A DNA stretch of 64,000 nt from Kiritimatiellia bacterium. Lineage in GTDB: Bacteria; Verrucomicrobiota; Kiritimatiellia; RFP12; UBA1067. How positions within the stretch are numbered: the stretch's first letter is position 1; every line of letters starts with the position of its first letter. A program made the position numbers and the translations under genes. The stretch is from positions 160,001-224,000 of the forward strand of contig JBMNFY010000008.1 in assembly GCA_050949565.1 (NCBI GenBank), in the 5' to 3' direction. Positions 50,241-59,290 of the stretch are shown piece after piece. The notes beneath the pieces are model-generated. The model made no database searches and was not told the origin of the DNA. It was given only the letters and a program-made list of their open reading frames with translations.

Positions 50241-50954
50241 GCTCCACGACGCCATCCCATAAAAATCGTCGCGTTGCTCGTCCTGCTCACGCCCGTACTG
50301 GACGCCGAAGTTTTTTGGCGCGTTCCGTCCGATGTCAGCGCAACGCTGCGCGCACTTGGCGGCGCCCGCGTGTATGCCACCGATGTCGAAGTCAACGGCG
50401 CCCCCGGCACCTTGGCCGCCTACGCCTTCAACGAGTCCCCCGCCACGCTCAGCCAGCGCCTGTCACATCGCTTCAATCTAGCGTCAACCGCCGCAAGACC
50501 GAGTGTCCTCGGTCGCGGTAGCGCGTGCATGATAACCCACGCCAGCAAGAACAGCCTGCAACGGCTGCTCGTGTTGCCATCGCCCGCCAGCCGTGACGAT
50601 AGCGTGGTACTCGCCTTCGAACAATCGCTGCGCCATGCGGCCGCCGCACGCCAGCAGTCACCGGTCTGGCCCGACGGCCTGCCCGTCCTGAATGCCACGC
50701 CCCGCTTCACCGCGCTCTGCGCCAAGACCCGCACACGCTTTGTCACGGCTGACGCCGACGCCACGCCCGAAGCTGCCGTGCAGGACGCCGCACGTATTCT
50801 CACGGGGGCAGGCTGGAGCGAAACCACGCCCACAACCCCCACCTTCAAACTCTTCGTCTCCGGCCGGAAGCAGTGCCTGATCTTCGCGCACGCGCCATCA
50901 CCGTCGGACAACACCCAGATTAGTCTCTTGCAACGAGAGGGGGCTACCCCTTAA
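50208..50954 (+). CDS. Hypothetical exported protein in the Tad operon (start uncertain)
   Basis: Signal-like IKIVALLVLLTPVLDA followed by typical coding sequence; nearest starts are GTG 50208 or ATG 49875, both inside repeat DNA. Confidence 0.6.
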   Translation: MPLRARLSSGGAPRRHPIKIVALLVLLTPVLDAEVFWRVPSDVSATLRALGGARVYATDVEVNGAPGTLAAYAFNESPATLSQRLSHRFNLASTAARPSVLGRGSACMITHASKNSLQRLLVLPSPASRDDSVVLAFEQSLRHAAAARQQSPVWPDGLPVLNATPRFTALCAKTRTRFVTADADATPEAAVQDAARILTGAGWSETTPTTPTFKLFVSGRKQCLIFAHAPSPSDNTQISLLQREGATP

Positions 50955-50991
50955 ACTCTCCCCGATCCCATAAAAACCGAAAGAGCCTTGT

Positions 50992-51813
50992 ATGAAGCAG
51001 AAACTCATCCTGATTATCTCCGTGGTCATCGGCCTCTTCGCCGCCTTCCTGACCCGCTCCTACCTGACCGCCAAGGACAATGAGGTTGAACGCATGAAAG
51101 CGGACTTCGACCGCAGAAACAAAAAGATACCGGTCATCGCTACGAAGCGCGCCATTCCTTCCGGCACCGTACTGACCATGGAGGACATCGGTGGGCTTAA
51201 GGTGCCGGAGAGTGCCGTCAAAGATCACGCTGTACGAACCGAAGACATCCTGCTGTTGCTCAACCGCAAAACCGTGCGCCCCCTGTCGGCAGATGCGCCG
51301 ATTTTCTGGACCGACATTGAGGGCGGCGACCCCACGTCGCGCGGCTTGGCCGCCGACATCAAATCGCGTATGCGCGCCATCTCGATCAATGTCAGCGGCG
51401 CGGCCTCGGTCAGCGGCATGGTCAGACCCAACGATCACGTCGACGTGCTCGGCACCTTCTCCTTCCCTTCCAAAACCGTTCAAGGCGAGATGGAACTGGT
51501 TACCCTCACGATGCTCCAAGACGTGCTGGTACTGGCGACCGGCCGCGAGACCGCCAAGTCGCGCTTGTTCTCTGACGCGCGTATGCCCGCCTCGTACAAC
51601 ACCGTGACCCTCGAGGTCACCCCGCGTGAGGCGGAGATGCTGGTCTTCGCCGAACAGATCAAAGGACGCATCTCGCTGGCGTTGCGCAATCCGGAGGACG
51701 TCTATTTTGAAAAGACACTGCCGCGCGTCGACTTCCAGATGATCCAGTCCGAGATTGAATCGCTCAACACCTATCGTCAACAGCAACTATTGCGCAAACG
51801 CGTTACGGACTGA
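50992..51813 (+). CDS. cpaB: Flp pilus assembly protein CpaB/RcpC
   Basis: N-terminal TM, SAF domain, MRAISINV, GMVRPNDHVDVL, LQDVLVLA, TVTLEVTP, LALRN. Confidence 0.93.
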   Translation: MKQKLILIISVVIGLFAAFLTRSYLTAKDNEVERMKADFDRRNKKIPVIATKRAIPSGTVLTMEDIGGLKVPESAVKDHAVRTEDILLLLNRKTVRPLSADAPIFWTDIEGGDPTSRGLAADIKSRMRAISINVSGAASVSGMVRPNDHVDVLGTFSFPSKTVQGEMELVTLTMLQDVLVLATGRETAKSRLFSDARMPASYNTVTLEVTPREAEMLVFAEQIKGRISLALRNPEDVYFEKTLPRVDFQMIQSEIESLNTYRQQQLLRKRVTD

Positions 51814-51836
51814 TCGCACCCGCGCCCCCCACGCCC

Positions 51837-53594
51837 ATGAAATTCTTCCTCGATATCGCTTATCCCGACCAAGCCTCGAACCGCTTCGAGTTGCCGCCCG
51901 GCCTCTACACGATCGGTCGCGGCGACGCCTGCAAGATCCGGTTGCGCCACCCTGAGGTCAGCGAGCGGCACGCACTGCTAACGCTACGCGAAACCGGTGT
52001 CACCATCGAAGATCTCCACTCCAGCAACGGCACCATCGTGGGCGGTCGGCCCATCCAAGAACCCACACGGCTGCGCGCCGACGACGTGGTCAGCTTAGGC
52101 CCCTGCCTGCTGCGTGTCTCGTCTGACGAGCCCGCCACCTCCGACGCTCCGGCCGCGCCCGCCGCCCCCGACGTACCGCAGCCCGAACCGCCGCGCGCGC
52201 CCGCCCCCGAACCCGCGGTTGCGCAACCGCCGTCGATCCCCGTCTCGGCTCCACCTCCACCTCCGCCTCCCCCTCCCCCGGCGCCGGTCGACCCGATGGC
52301 CGCCATCATGCGCGAAATCAAAAACCAGATCCACGGCGAACTGATTCAGCGTCTGGACCTCAAGCGCATGACCGTCTCGCGCATCGGCACCGATGAGCTA
52401 CAGCAGAAGGCCCGCGAAACCATCCGCGCCATCATCGCGGAGGTTCGCCGTAACCGGAAGCTGCCTGCCGGTATTGATCCCGCGCGTCTGGAAAAAGAGA
52501 TTTACGACGAAGCCGTGCGCCTCGGCCCGCTGGAAGACTTTCTAGCCGACGACTCCATCACCGAAATCATGGTCAACGGCCCCGGCCAGGTGTTCGTCGA
52601 GCGCAACGGCCGCATCGAACTGACCGGACAGACCTTCATGGATGACGAGTCGGTGCTAGGTGTCATCGAACGCATCGTCGCCCCGATCGGCCGTCGCATC
52701 GACGAAAGCCAACCCTATGTCGACGCCCGTCTGCCGGACGGTTCGCGCGTCAACGCCATCATCGCGCCGCTCTCCCTCACTGGCCCCTGCATCACCATCC
52801 GCAAATTCTCCAAACGCGCGCTGACCGTTGACGACTTCATCGCCTTTGGCACCTGGACGCACAACATCGCAGAGTTCCTGCGTCTCTGCGTCATCATGCG
52901 TAAGAATATTGTGGTCGCAGGTGGTACCGGCTCCGGAAAAACGACACTGCTCAACGTGCTAAGCGGCTTCATCCCGCCGACGGACCGCATCATCACGATC
53001 GAAGATGCCGCCGAACTGCGCCTCGTCCAGCCCCATGTGGTCCGCCTTGAAGCCCGTCCGCCCAACATCGAAGGCCGCGGTGCGATCACCATCCGCGATC
53101 TCGTCCGTAACGCGCTGCGCATGCGACCGGACCGGATCATCGTGGGCGAGTGTCGCGGCGGCGAAGCACTCGATATGCTCCAGGCAATGAACACCGGGCA
53201 CGACGGCTCGCTCACCACCGTCCACGCGAACTCGCCGCGCGATGTCATCTCGCGTCTCGAAACCATGGTATTGATGTCCGGGCTGGAACTTCCTTCGCGC
53301 GCCATCCGCGAACAGATCGCCTCGGCGATCGACCTCGTGGTGCATGAATCGCGCCTCAGTGACGGCTCGCGTAAAGTGACCTGTGTCTCCGAAGTGGTCG
53401 GACTCGAAGGGCTACAAGTCGTGATGCAGGATCTTTTCGAGTTCGAGCAGACCGGCGTCGATGAAAAAGGCAAAGTTCTCGGACGCTTCAGGCCGACCGG
53501 CGCGGTGCCGACCTTCTTCGAGCACATCAAGAGCCGCGGCCTGCATCTGGACCCCGCCATCTTCGATCCTGCCAAACAAGGCGGTGACGCATGA
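51837..53594 (+). CDS. cpaF: CpaF/TadA pilus ATPase with N-terminal FHA domain and Pro-rich linker
   Basis: FHA IGR...VSERH...SSNGT; GGTGSGKTT, IEDAAEL, ALRMRPDRIIVGECRG, MNTGHDG. Confidence 0.93.
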   Translation: MKFFLDIAYPDQASNRFELPPGLYTIGRGDACKIRLRHPEVSERHALLTLRETGVTIEDLHSSNGTIVGGRPIQEPTRLRADDVVSLGPCLLRVSSDEPATSDAPAAPAAPDVPQPEPPRAPAPEPAVAQPPSIPVSAPPPPPPPPPPAPVDPMAAIMREIKNQIHGELIQRLDLKRMTVSRIGTDELQQKARETIRAIIAEVRRNRKLPAGIDPARLEKEIYDEAVRLGPLEDFLADDSITEIMVNGPGQVFVERNGRIELTGQTFMDDESVLGVIERIVAPIGRRIDESQPYVDARLPDGSRVNAIIAPLSLTGPCITIRKFSKRALTVDDFIAFGTWTHNIAEFLRLCVIMRKNIVVAGGTGSGKTTLLNVLSGFIPPTDRIITIEDAAELRLVQPHVVRLEARPPNIEGRGAITIRDLVRNALRMRPDRIIVGECRGGEALDMLQAMNTGHDGSLTTVHANSPRDVISRLETMVLMSGLELPSRAIREQIASAIDLVVHESRLSDGSRKVTCVSEVVGLEGLQVVMQDLFEFEQTGVDEKGKVLGRFRPTGAVPTFFEHIKSRGLHLDPAIFDPAKQGGDA

Positions 53595-54490
53595 CGCCCG
53601 GCACCCTCACTGCGCTCGGCTGGTCTGCGACCGCACTGATCGGTCTAGCCTTCACTGGACTGGGTTACACCGTCGTGCGCGCCTTCGGCTCCGGTGCAGG
53701 CGCCTACGCCGACTCCATGTCCGAGGAAGCCTCGCGCCGTTTCGAGGACCTCTTCCTCTTCATCCCGGCCAAGCGCATCTCCGACATCGGACGCGCCGCA
53801 GCAGCCGCCGTCTTCCTGCTCTGCTTCGTGCCGCTTTTCGACCACACCAATCTGGTCTCGACGGTCGCCGGCACCGTGCTCGGCTTGACCTTCGGTGTGC
53901 TCGCGTTGATGGCACCCTCCAAACTGATCGATATCCTGCGTGAACGCCGCCGCCGTCTATTCAACGAGCAGCTCGTCGAAGCGCTCGGCAGCATGAGCAA
54001 CGCCCTGCGTGCAGGTTTCAGCATCAACCAAGCCTTTGAGTCCGTGGTGCAGAACGGCGAAAAGCCCATCTCTCAGGAGTTCGGCGTCATGCTACAGCAG
54101 ATGCGTGTGGGCATGAATTTTTACGACGCGCTACAAAGCCTCGACAAGCGGGTCGGCTCCGACGACCTGACGCTGGTGGTCACCTCGATCGACATCGCCC
54201 GCCGCACGGGCGGCAACCTGACGGAAATCTTCGACAAGATCAGCCTGACCATCCGCGAGCGCATGCGCATCGAGCGGCGCGTGCAGACGCTCACCGCACA
54301 GGGACGCCTACAGGGCATCATTGTCGCCTGCATGCCGGCGCTACTCGGTGCGGTCATGACCTTCATCAAGCCGGGCATGATGATTCCCTTCTTCAAATCC
54401 GTCAACGGCATGATCGCCATCGGCCTCACCGCCCTGCTCATCGCCGTCGGCTGGTTCTTCATCAGCCGCATCATCCGCATTGATGTTTAG
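53591..54490 (+). CDS. tadB: TadB (T2SS F-family) inner-membrane platform protein
   Basis: ALRAGFS, GGNLTEIF...IRER...LTAQGRLQG, TM helices. Confidence 0.9.
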   Translation: MTPGTLTALGWSATALIGLAFTGLGYTVVRAFGSGAGAYADSMSEEASRRFEDLFLFIPAKRISDIGRAAAAAVFLLCFVPLFDHTNLVSTVAGTVLGLTFGVLALMAPSKLIDILRERRRRLFNEQLVEALGSMSNALRAGFSINQAFESVVQNGEKPISQEFGVMLQQMRVGMNFYDALQSLDKRVGSDDLTLVVTSIDIARRTGGNLTEIFDKISLTIRERMRIERRVQTLTAQGRLQGIIVACMPALLGAVMTFIKPGMMIPFFKSVNGMIAIGLTALLIAVGWFFISRIIRIDV

Positions 54491-54492
54491 AA

Positions 54493-54932
54493 GGTTTTAA
54501 GAGCCCATCTCGCTCAACTCACCAACACACCGCCCCACTACGACACCGCATGTCTGCTCCATGCTATTTCCACACCTTGAAAGGTGTGGAAATAGCTGCC
54601 CTCTTCGACAAGTATACCAAAATGCACCCCCACGCACCGAGCAATCACATCAATACCCTTGATTTTAAAGGCTCATCTCGATCAACGCGACAACATGCCG
54701 CACCACTGCGGTGCCTCATATCTGAACCATGCTATTTCCACATATTGAAAGGTGTGGCAGTAGCCGCCCCCTTCGACAAGTATACCAAAATGCACCCCCA
54801 CGCACCGGACGACCACACTAATACCCCGATTTTAAAGGCTCATCTCGATCAATGCGACAACACACCGCATCACTACGGCACCCTATGTCTGATCCATACC
54901 TATTTCCACACCTTGAAAGGTGTGGCAGTTGT
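54493..54932. repeat. 168-bp tandem repeat (~2.6 copies) with a palindromic core TATTTCCACACCTTGAAAGGTGTGG
   Basis: Core at 54564, 54732 and 54900; sequence between cores is also conserved. Confidence 0.9.
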
Positions 54933-54984
54933 TACCCACTCAGCCGTTTATCCTAAAAAGAGCAGTTGAATCTTCAACTCTCTT

Positions 54985-55056
54985 TGGTTTCAAGGTTTCT
55001 GGTTTCATGGTTTCATCCAAATCGGGATCGCGATCGGGATCGGGATCGGGATCGGT
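54985..55056. repeat. Heptamer (GGTTTCA-like) and hexamer (GATCGG)n short tandem repeats
   Basis: Seen directly. Confidence 0.7.
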
Positions 55057-55176
55057 GCTTCTTCGTGAGTGTGTTGGCGTACGGTTTTTGCCGCGCACAG
55101 CGCGGCCGGTCAAGCAGACGCTTGCCCCGGCGCTTCGCGAGCCCAGCCAAAAGCGTAATTCGCGGTTAACGAACCG

Positions 55177-55217
55177 TTGACATCGATTCCATACTTTTCT
55201 ATCATGCTTTCATACTT
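55177..55217 (+). promoter_or_regulatory. TA operon promoter with a candidate autorepression operator
   Basis: TTGACA-17 nt-TATCAT; direct repeats TTCCATACTT and TTTCATACTT flank the -10. Confidence 0.75.
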
Positions 55218-55227
55218 GTGGAGGTGA

Positions 55228-55455
55228 ATGATGTTGACCGCAGTTGTTGCAGAACGGGGGCAGGTGACGATTCCCAAGGTCCTACGCGACCGTCTGGGGA
55301 TCAAGCCTGCGACCGTGCTGGCTTTCAGCGTAAAGAATGGCGTTCTGACGGCTGTGAAAGTCGTGCCGGAGGATCCGGTGGCCGCTGTGACAGGATGCCT
55401 GAAGACGGATCGGGACTCGGATGAATGGATGGACGAGTTGCGGGGTGAACCGTGA
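55228..55455 (+). CDS. vapB: AbrB/MazE/SpoVT-family antitoxin
   Basis: ERGQVTIPKVLRDRLGIKP; GGAGG SD. Confidence 0.9.
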   Translation: MMLTAVVAERGQVTIPKVLRDRLGIKPATVLAFSVKNGVLTAVKVVPEDPVAAVTGCLKTDRDSDEWMDELRGEP

Positions 55456-55874
55456 TCACTGCCGTCGATACGAATGTGCTGTTGGACGTCTTTTTGAATG
55501 ATCCGACGTTCTGCCCTGGCTCTGCCAACGCTCTGCGTAAATGCCTTGCAGAGGGTGCGCTGATTGCCTGCGATGTCGTCTGGGCAGAGACGATGGCGGT
55601 CTTCCCGACCGACCGCCAGTTCGAAGCCGTCATGTCCGAACTGCAGATCACATTCTCGCCCATGCCGGAAAAAGCTGCCGCGCGAGCTGGGCGACTGTGG
55701 CGGTCGGCTCGGAGCGGTGGGACGCCACGCGGCGGTCGTGTGATCGCCGACTTTTTAGTCGCGGCTCATGCAGCCGAATGCGCGGATCGCCTGCTGACTC
55801 GTGATCGCGGATTTTACCGTTCGCACTTCAAGGGGCTCTCCCTTGTCGATCCGTTGCGCTTGGCGTTGTCGTAA
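55452..55874 (+). CDS. vapC: PIN-domain (VapC) toxin
   Basis: AVDTNVLLD, VWAE, IADFLVAAHA, LLTRD; GTGA overlap. Confidence 0.92.
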   Translation: MITAVDTNVLLDVFLNDPTFCPGSANALRKCLAEGALIACDVVWAETMAVFPTDRQFEAVMSELQITFSPMPEKAAARAGRLWRSARSGGTPRGGRVIADFLVAAHAAECADRLLTRDRGFYRSHFKGLSLVDPLRLALS

Positions 55875-55907
55875 CAGCCTTACCTCTTACCTACTACCTA
55901 TTACTTC

Positions 55908-57965
55908 TCATCGCGACCACTTGGTGGTCGCAATGTGCGCTGTTTCGATCCAGTCACGTGCGGCCGCTTCATCGAGAGTCACGCTGTACCGGATTTCCTG
56001 ATACCGCTCCAACAGCGCGACGAGCTGTGCCGCGTGCTCGTCGGGGAGCCGCTCCGCCACGCGCCGGTACCACTCCGTCCAGCTCTCCGCAGTGCGCCGC
56101 CGCAACGGCGCCGGCAGGGCGCGGCGCTCCACACGGGTCATGGCCCGCGTCAGCTCCTCGCGTAGGCGTGCCTCGGGCGTCATGCGCCACCAGCGGCGGC
56201 GCCAACGCAGCCATGCCAACGCGCCGAACCCCAACGCCACCACCACGCCGGGAACACTCCAGATCATCTGCCAGAGAAACAGGATCAGCAATTCGCCGCC
56301 ATCGGCCAGAACTTGCAGAAAGTTTGCGTTCCGTAGATAGGCCAGCGCGCGCCGCCATGACGCGGCAAACAGATCGAGCGCGAGCCTGAAGCGTCCCGGT
56401 CGCTGCAACGCCGACGGCCGTCCCTCCGGCGGCGTCGGATCGACAATCAGCCAGCGTCCGGACGCGCTGTCCCATACCTCGACCCAAGCATGGCCGTCAC
56501 GTTCCCGCACAACCCAGCGCGCCAACCAAGGGTTCCAGTCGCTACAGACAAAACCGCCGATCATCCGCGCAGGAATGCCGCGCTGACGGAACATCAACGT
56601 GGCCGCGCTCGCAAAAAATGTGCAGGAACCCTCTTTGCGTGCCATGAAATCGATTAGCGGATCGGGATTGGCCTTCATCTTCAACCCGAGACGGTAGACA
56701 AAGTGGGCTGAGAAATCGGCTTCGACACACCGCACCGCCTCACCGACCGAAGACGCGGTCGCGAGTCCCGCGCAAGACTCAACCCAGTTCGAGACCGCAC
56801 CAGCCAGCGAACGGGGCACCTCAAGATACACCGCCGCATTACCCTCCGGTTGCGGCCATGCACGATCCATCATGCGCCGCGGATCGACCTCAATTTCGTA
56901 TGCGTCCGGAAACGGCCCGTTCACCGTCACGCTACCGTTCGTCTCTGCCATCGGTACCGCGCCAACGCAACTCAGCGCCAAACAGGAACCGGGCAGACAG
57001 AAGCCCCCCAACAGGCGCGGTGCCAAAATCTCCACCCGCCACGTCTCACGCCGCTCAGTAGCGGCCACATCCGAACGCAGCAGGTAACGCGGATACTGCG
57101 GCCGTGCCGCTCCGCCGGCAACAGCCGACGGCTCCAGCGGCACGTTGGGTTTCACTACGTCCCACCGGCCCCGGTCATACTGCAAGTAAACGTTCTCGCG
57201 CAAATACCCCGGCATATTGTCACTGCGGATCGCCGCCACCATGCGTGTCCGTTGCCCGAAATCATGCGGCACCGGCAAATTGAGATTGATATCCGACATC
57301 CGGCGTCGCGGCAGACGCTCTGAAAAAAACATCATTCCGTAGAGGCAACGTTGCACCTGCTTGATCCCGAGTCCAAGCGGTTCCTGCAACACCAATGACG
57401 CACCGGTCACAAGGCACAGGACCACCACCCGCTGGGCGAGTTCCCGCACGCCGGGCACCGCGTGCTCACGGCCGCTTCCCTGCGTCAACCGCTGTGCCAT
57501 ATCCGCCGTCAGCATCAACACAACCGTCCCACCCACCATCCACGGCGCGGCATCGCCCACCGCGCCCGGCATCACATCCGGCCGCCCGAGTGCGGTCATC
57601 GCAAGCGGTACACCCCCCAGCACGACCAAGGTCACCGATTGCGCCGTGGGCCGGAAAAACAGCGACGTAACCCCGAATGCGAAAACAACCGTGACCACCC
57701 GGTCCAACATGCGGCTTTCGTCCAGCGCATCATCCGGCGGCACGATCCGCTCCACATTTGCCGCCAAGAAAATCACTGTCAGCACAACCCCGCTCCAGAC
57801 TACCCACCGTGTAGTACTCGGCAGTGCGCGGCCGCGTACCCACGCCAGCACCGCGACGGCCCCCGCCACCACAAGCAGGCCCATACTGGCGTCGCGGCAA
57901 TACCACCAGGCACACCACAGCAGGAACAGCGCATTGAAAAAGACTGGCCAGCGGCTGCGGGTCAT
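55908..57965 (-). CDS. Membrane transglutaminase-like protein (TgpA-like)
   Basis: N-terminal TM helices; triad GSCTFFASA, GHAWVEVWD, WLIVDPTP; ATGA overlap at 57965. Confidence 0.9.
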   Translation of the reverse strand: MTRSRWPVFFNALFLLWCAWWYCRDASMGLLVVAGAVAVLAWVRGRALPSTTRWVVWSGVVLTVIFLAANVERIVPPDDALDESRMLDRVVTVVFAFGVTSLFFRPTAQSVTLVVLGGVPLAMTALGRPDVMPGAVGDAAPWMVGGTVVLMLTADMAQRLTQGSGREHAVPGVRELAQRVVVLCLVTGASLVLQEPLGLGIKQVQRCLYGMMFFSERLPRRRMSDINLNLPVPHDFGQRTRMVAAIRSDNMPGYLRENVYLQYDRGRWDVVKPNVPLEPSAVAGGAARPQYPRYLLRSDVAATERRETWRVEILAPRLLGGFCLPGSCLALSCVGAVPMAETNGSVTVNGPFPDAYEIEVDPRRMMDRAWPQPEGNAAVYLEVPRSLAGAVSNWVESCAGLATASSVGEAVRCVEADFSAHFVYRLGLKMKANPDPLIDFMARKEGSCTFFASAATLMFRQRGIPARMIGGFVCSDWNPWLARWVVRERDGHAWVEVWDSASGRWLIVDPTPPEGRPSALQRPGRFRLALDLFAASWRRALAYLRNANFLQVLADGGELLILFLWQMIWSVPGVVVALGFGALAWLRWRRRWWRMTPEARLREELTRAMTRVERRALPAPLRRRTAESWTEWYRRVAERLPDEHAAQLVALLERYQEIRYSVTLDEAAARDWIETAHIATTKWSR

Positions 57966-59290
57966 AGGACGCTCACCTCCCCCCGCAACGCCGCCTTCAC
58001 GGGCACGCAGACCACCTCCGGCGGCACGCCGGCGCACGATCTGCCATGCGGCACGAGCAAAACCGTTTTTAGGCCGATGCCCCACGCGTTGATCATACGC
58101 GCCAGCGACGCGCGACGTTCATCCCACCGCGTAAGAATCAAACAAACGCTCTGGATCGCATGGATCTCAGCAAGCAGCAACGGCTCTAAGGCATCCAGCG
58201 GATCGACCCGGCTCGGCTCCACCGCCGCCAGAATGTCCAGCACTGCTTCCAGATAACCGATCCGGCCCTGGCTCACAAAACGATGGACCGCCGGCCCCGC
58301 AACCAGCAACTCAAGCACGCGGTCTGTAGTCGAGAGCGTATCGGTCACTGCGGCCGCCAACGAGAGCGCCGCCTCGACAGGCTCGGCGCGCGTGAGCCCC
58401 GCCCACAACCGTTCTGCGGTACCGCCCTCGTAGGTGTCCACCAACACGGCGGTACGCGAACGCCCTTCGGCCTGAAATTCCTTCACGACCGGTACGCCCA
58501 GCCGTGCCGATGAACGCGGGTGAACATGACGCAGGACATCGCCCTCGCGGAATTCACGGCAACCATGGAACTCCAGCGCCTCACGCGCCAGATCGCGGGA
58601 AGCCGCGAGTTCATTGCGGTTACGCATGCCTAGCGGAATCTCAAACGTTTCCAAGCGCGTATACCGCGGATAGACCGAGAGCTGGCGCTCGCGCAGCTCG
58701 GTCCGCCCCCAACGCCAGAGCCCGCCGGGAAAGGCTGAATCGACGCGCAGCGCCGGCAACGCATAGACGCCGCGCGCCAAGGCGTGACTGGTCGCGGAAA
58801 CCCGCTCGACGGCACCCGGCGGCAGATAGGCCAGATACGCCCGCCCGCGCCGCAAGCTCATCCAATCTGAAAAGATCAGCGTGTCGATGGCCAGATCGCG
58901 CGCGCAACGCCGCCCCGGATTGCGGATCGTGTAGTGGGTCTCGAAACGGCTGCCGCATTCAACACGGGGCGGCATGCGGATTTCAATCTCCAATGCAGGC
59001 CGCCAGAAGAGTCCAGCCACCATGCAAACAACAATCAGCGCCAATGCCGTAAACGCCAGGGGGAGCAAGCGATTTTCAAAACCCACCAGCAGGAACAACA
59101 GCACAGGACCCGCGCCGATCAAACCGGACAGATAGAAGCGCGGCGTTGTGTGCGCAATCAGCAGGTAATAGCTCCAGCACACCAACGGAAAGTTACGCGC
59201 GAAGCGCGCCCGTCTGCCGTGCTGATAGCCGATCGGCGGATGGCGCAACCGGTGCCACAACCGCCGTAAGCGTGTGGCCCGGGGGCTCAT
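57962..59290 (-). CDS. DUF58 domain membrane protein
   Basis: ARGVY, VYPR, EFHGCREFREGDVLRHVHPRSSAR...VVKEF. Confidence 0.88.
   Translation of the reverse strand: MSPRATRLRRLWHRLRHPPIGYQHGRRARFARNFPLVCWSYYLLIAHTTPRFYLSGLIGAGPVLLFLLVGFENRLLPLAFTALALIVVCMVAGLFWRPALEIEIRMPPRVECGSRFETHYTIRNPGRRCARDLAIDTLIFSDWMSLRRGRAYLAYLPPGAVERVSATSHALARGVYALPALRVDSAFPGGLWRWGRTELRERQLSVYPRYTRLETFEIPLGMRNRNELAASRDLAREALEFHGCREFREGDVLRHVHPRSSARLGVPVVKEFQAEGRSRTAVLVDTYEGGTAERLWAGLTRAEPVEAALSLAAAVTDTLSTTDRVLELLVAGPAVHRFVSQGRIGYLEAVLDILAAVEPSRVDPLDALEPLLLAEIHAIQSVCLILTRWDERRASLARMINAWGIGLKTVLLVPHGRSCAGVPPEVVCVPVKAALRGEVSVL

Noticed and set aside
54493-54932. CRISPR array or type III TA antitoxin repeats
   Set aside because: Sequence between palindromes is ~140 nt and conserved rather than unique, there are no cas genes, the units are far longer than ToxI repeats, and the adjacent toxin has its own protein antitoxin
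54550-54969. 139-aa ORF across the 168-bp array as a real gene
   Set aside because: No SD, atypical composition, and part of the repeat is read in different frames between copies; not listed as a CDS
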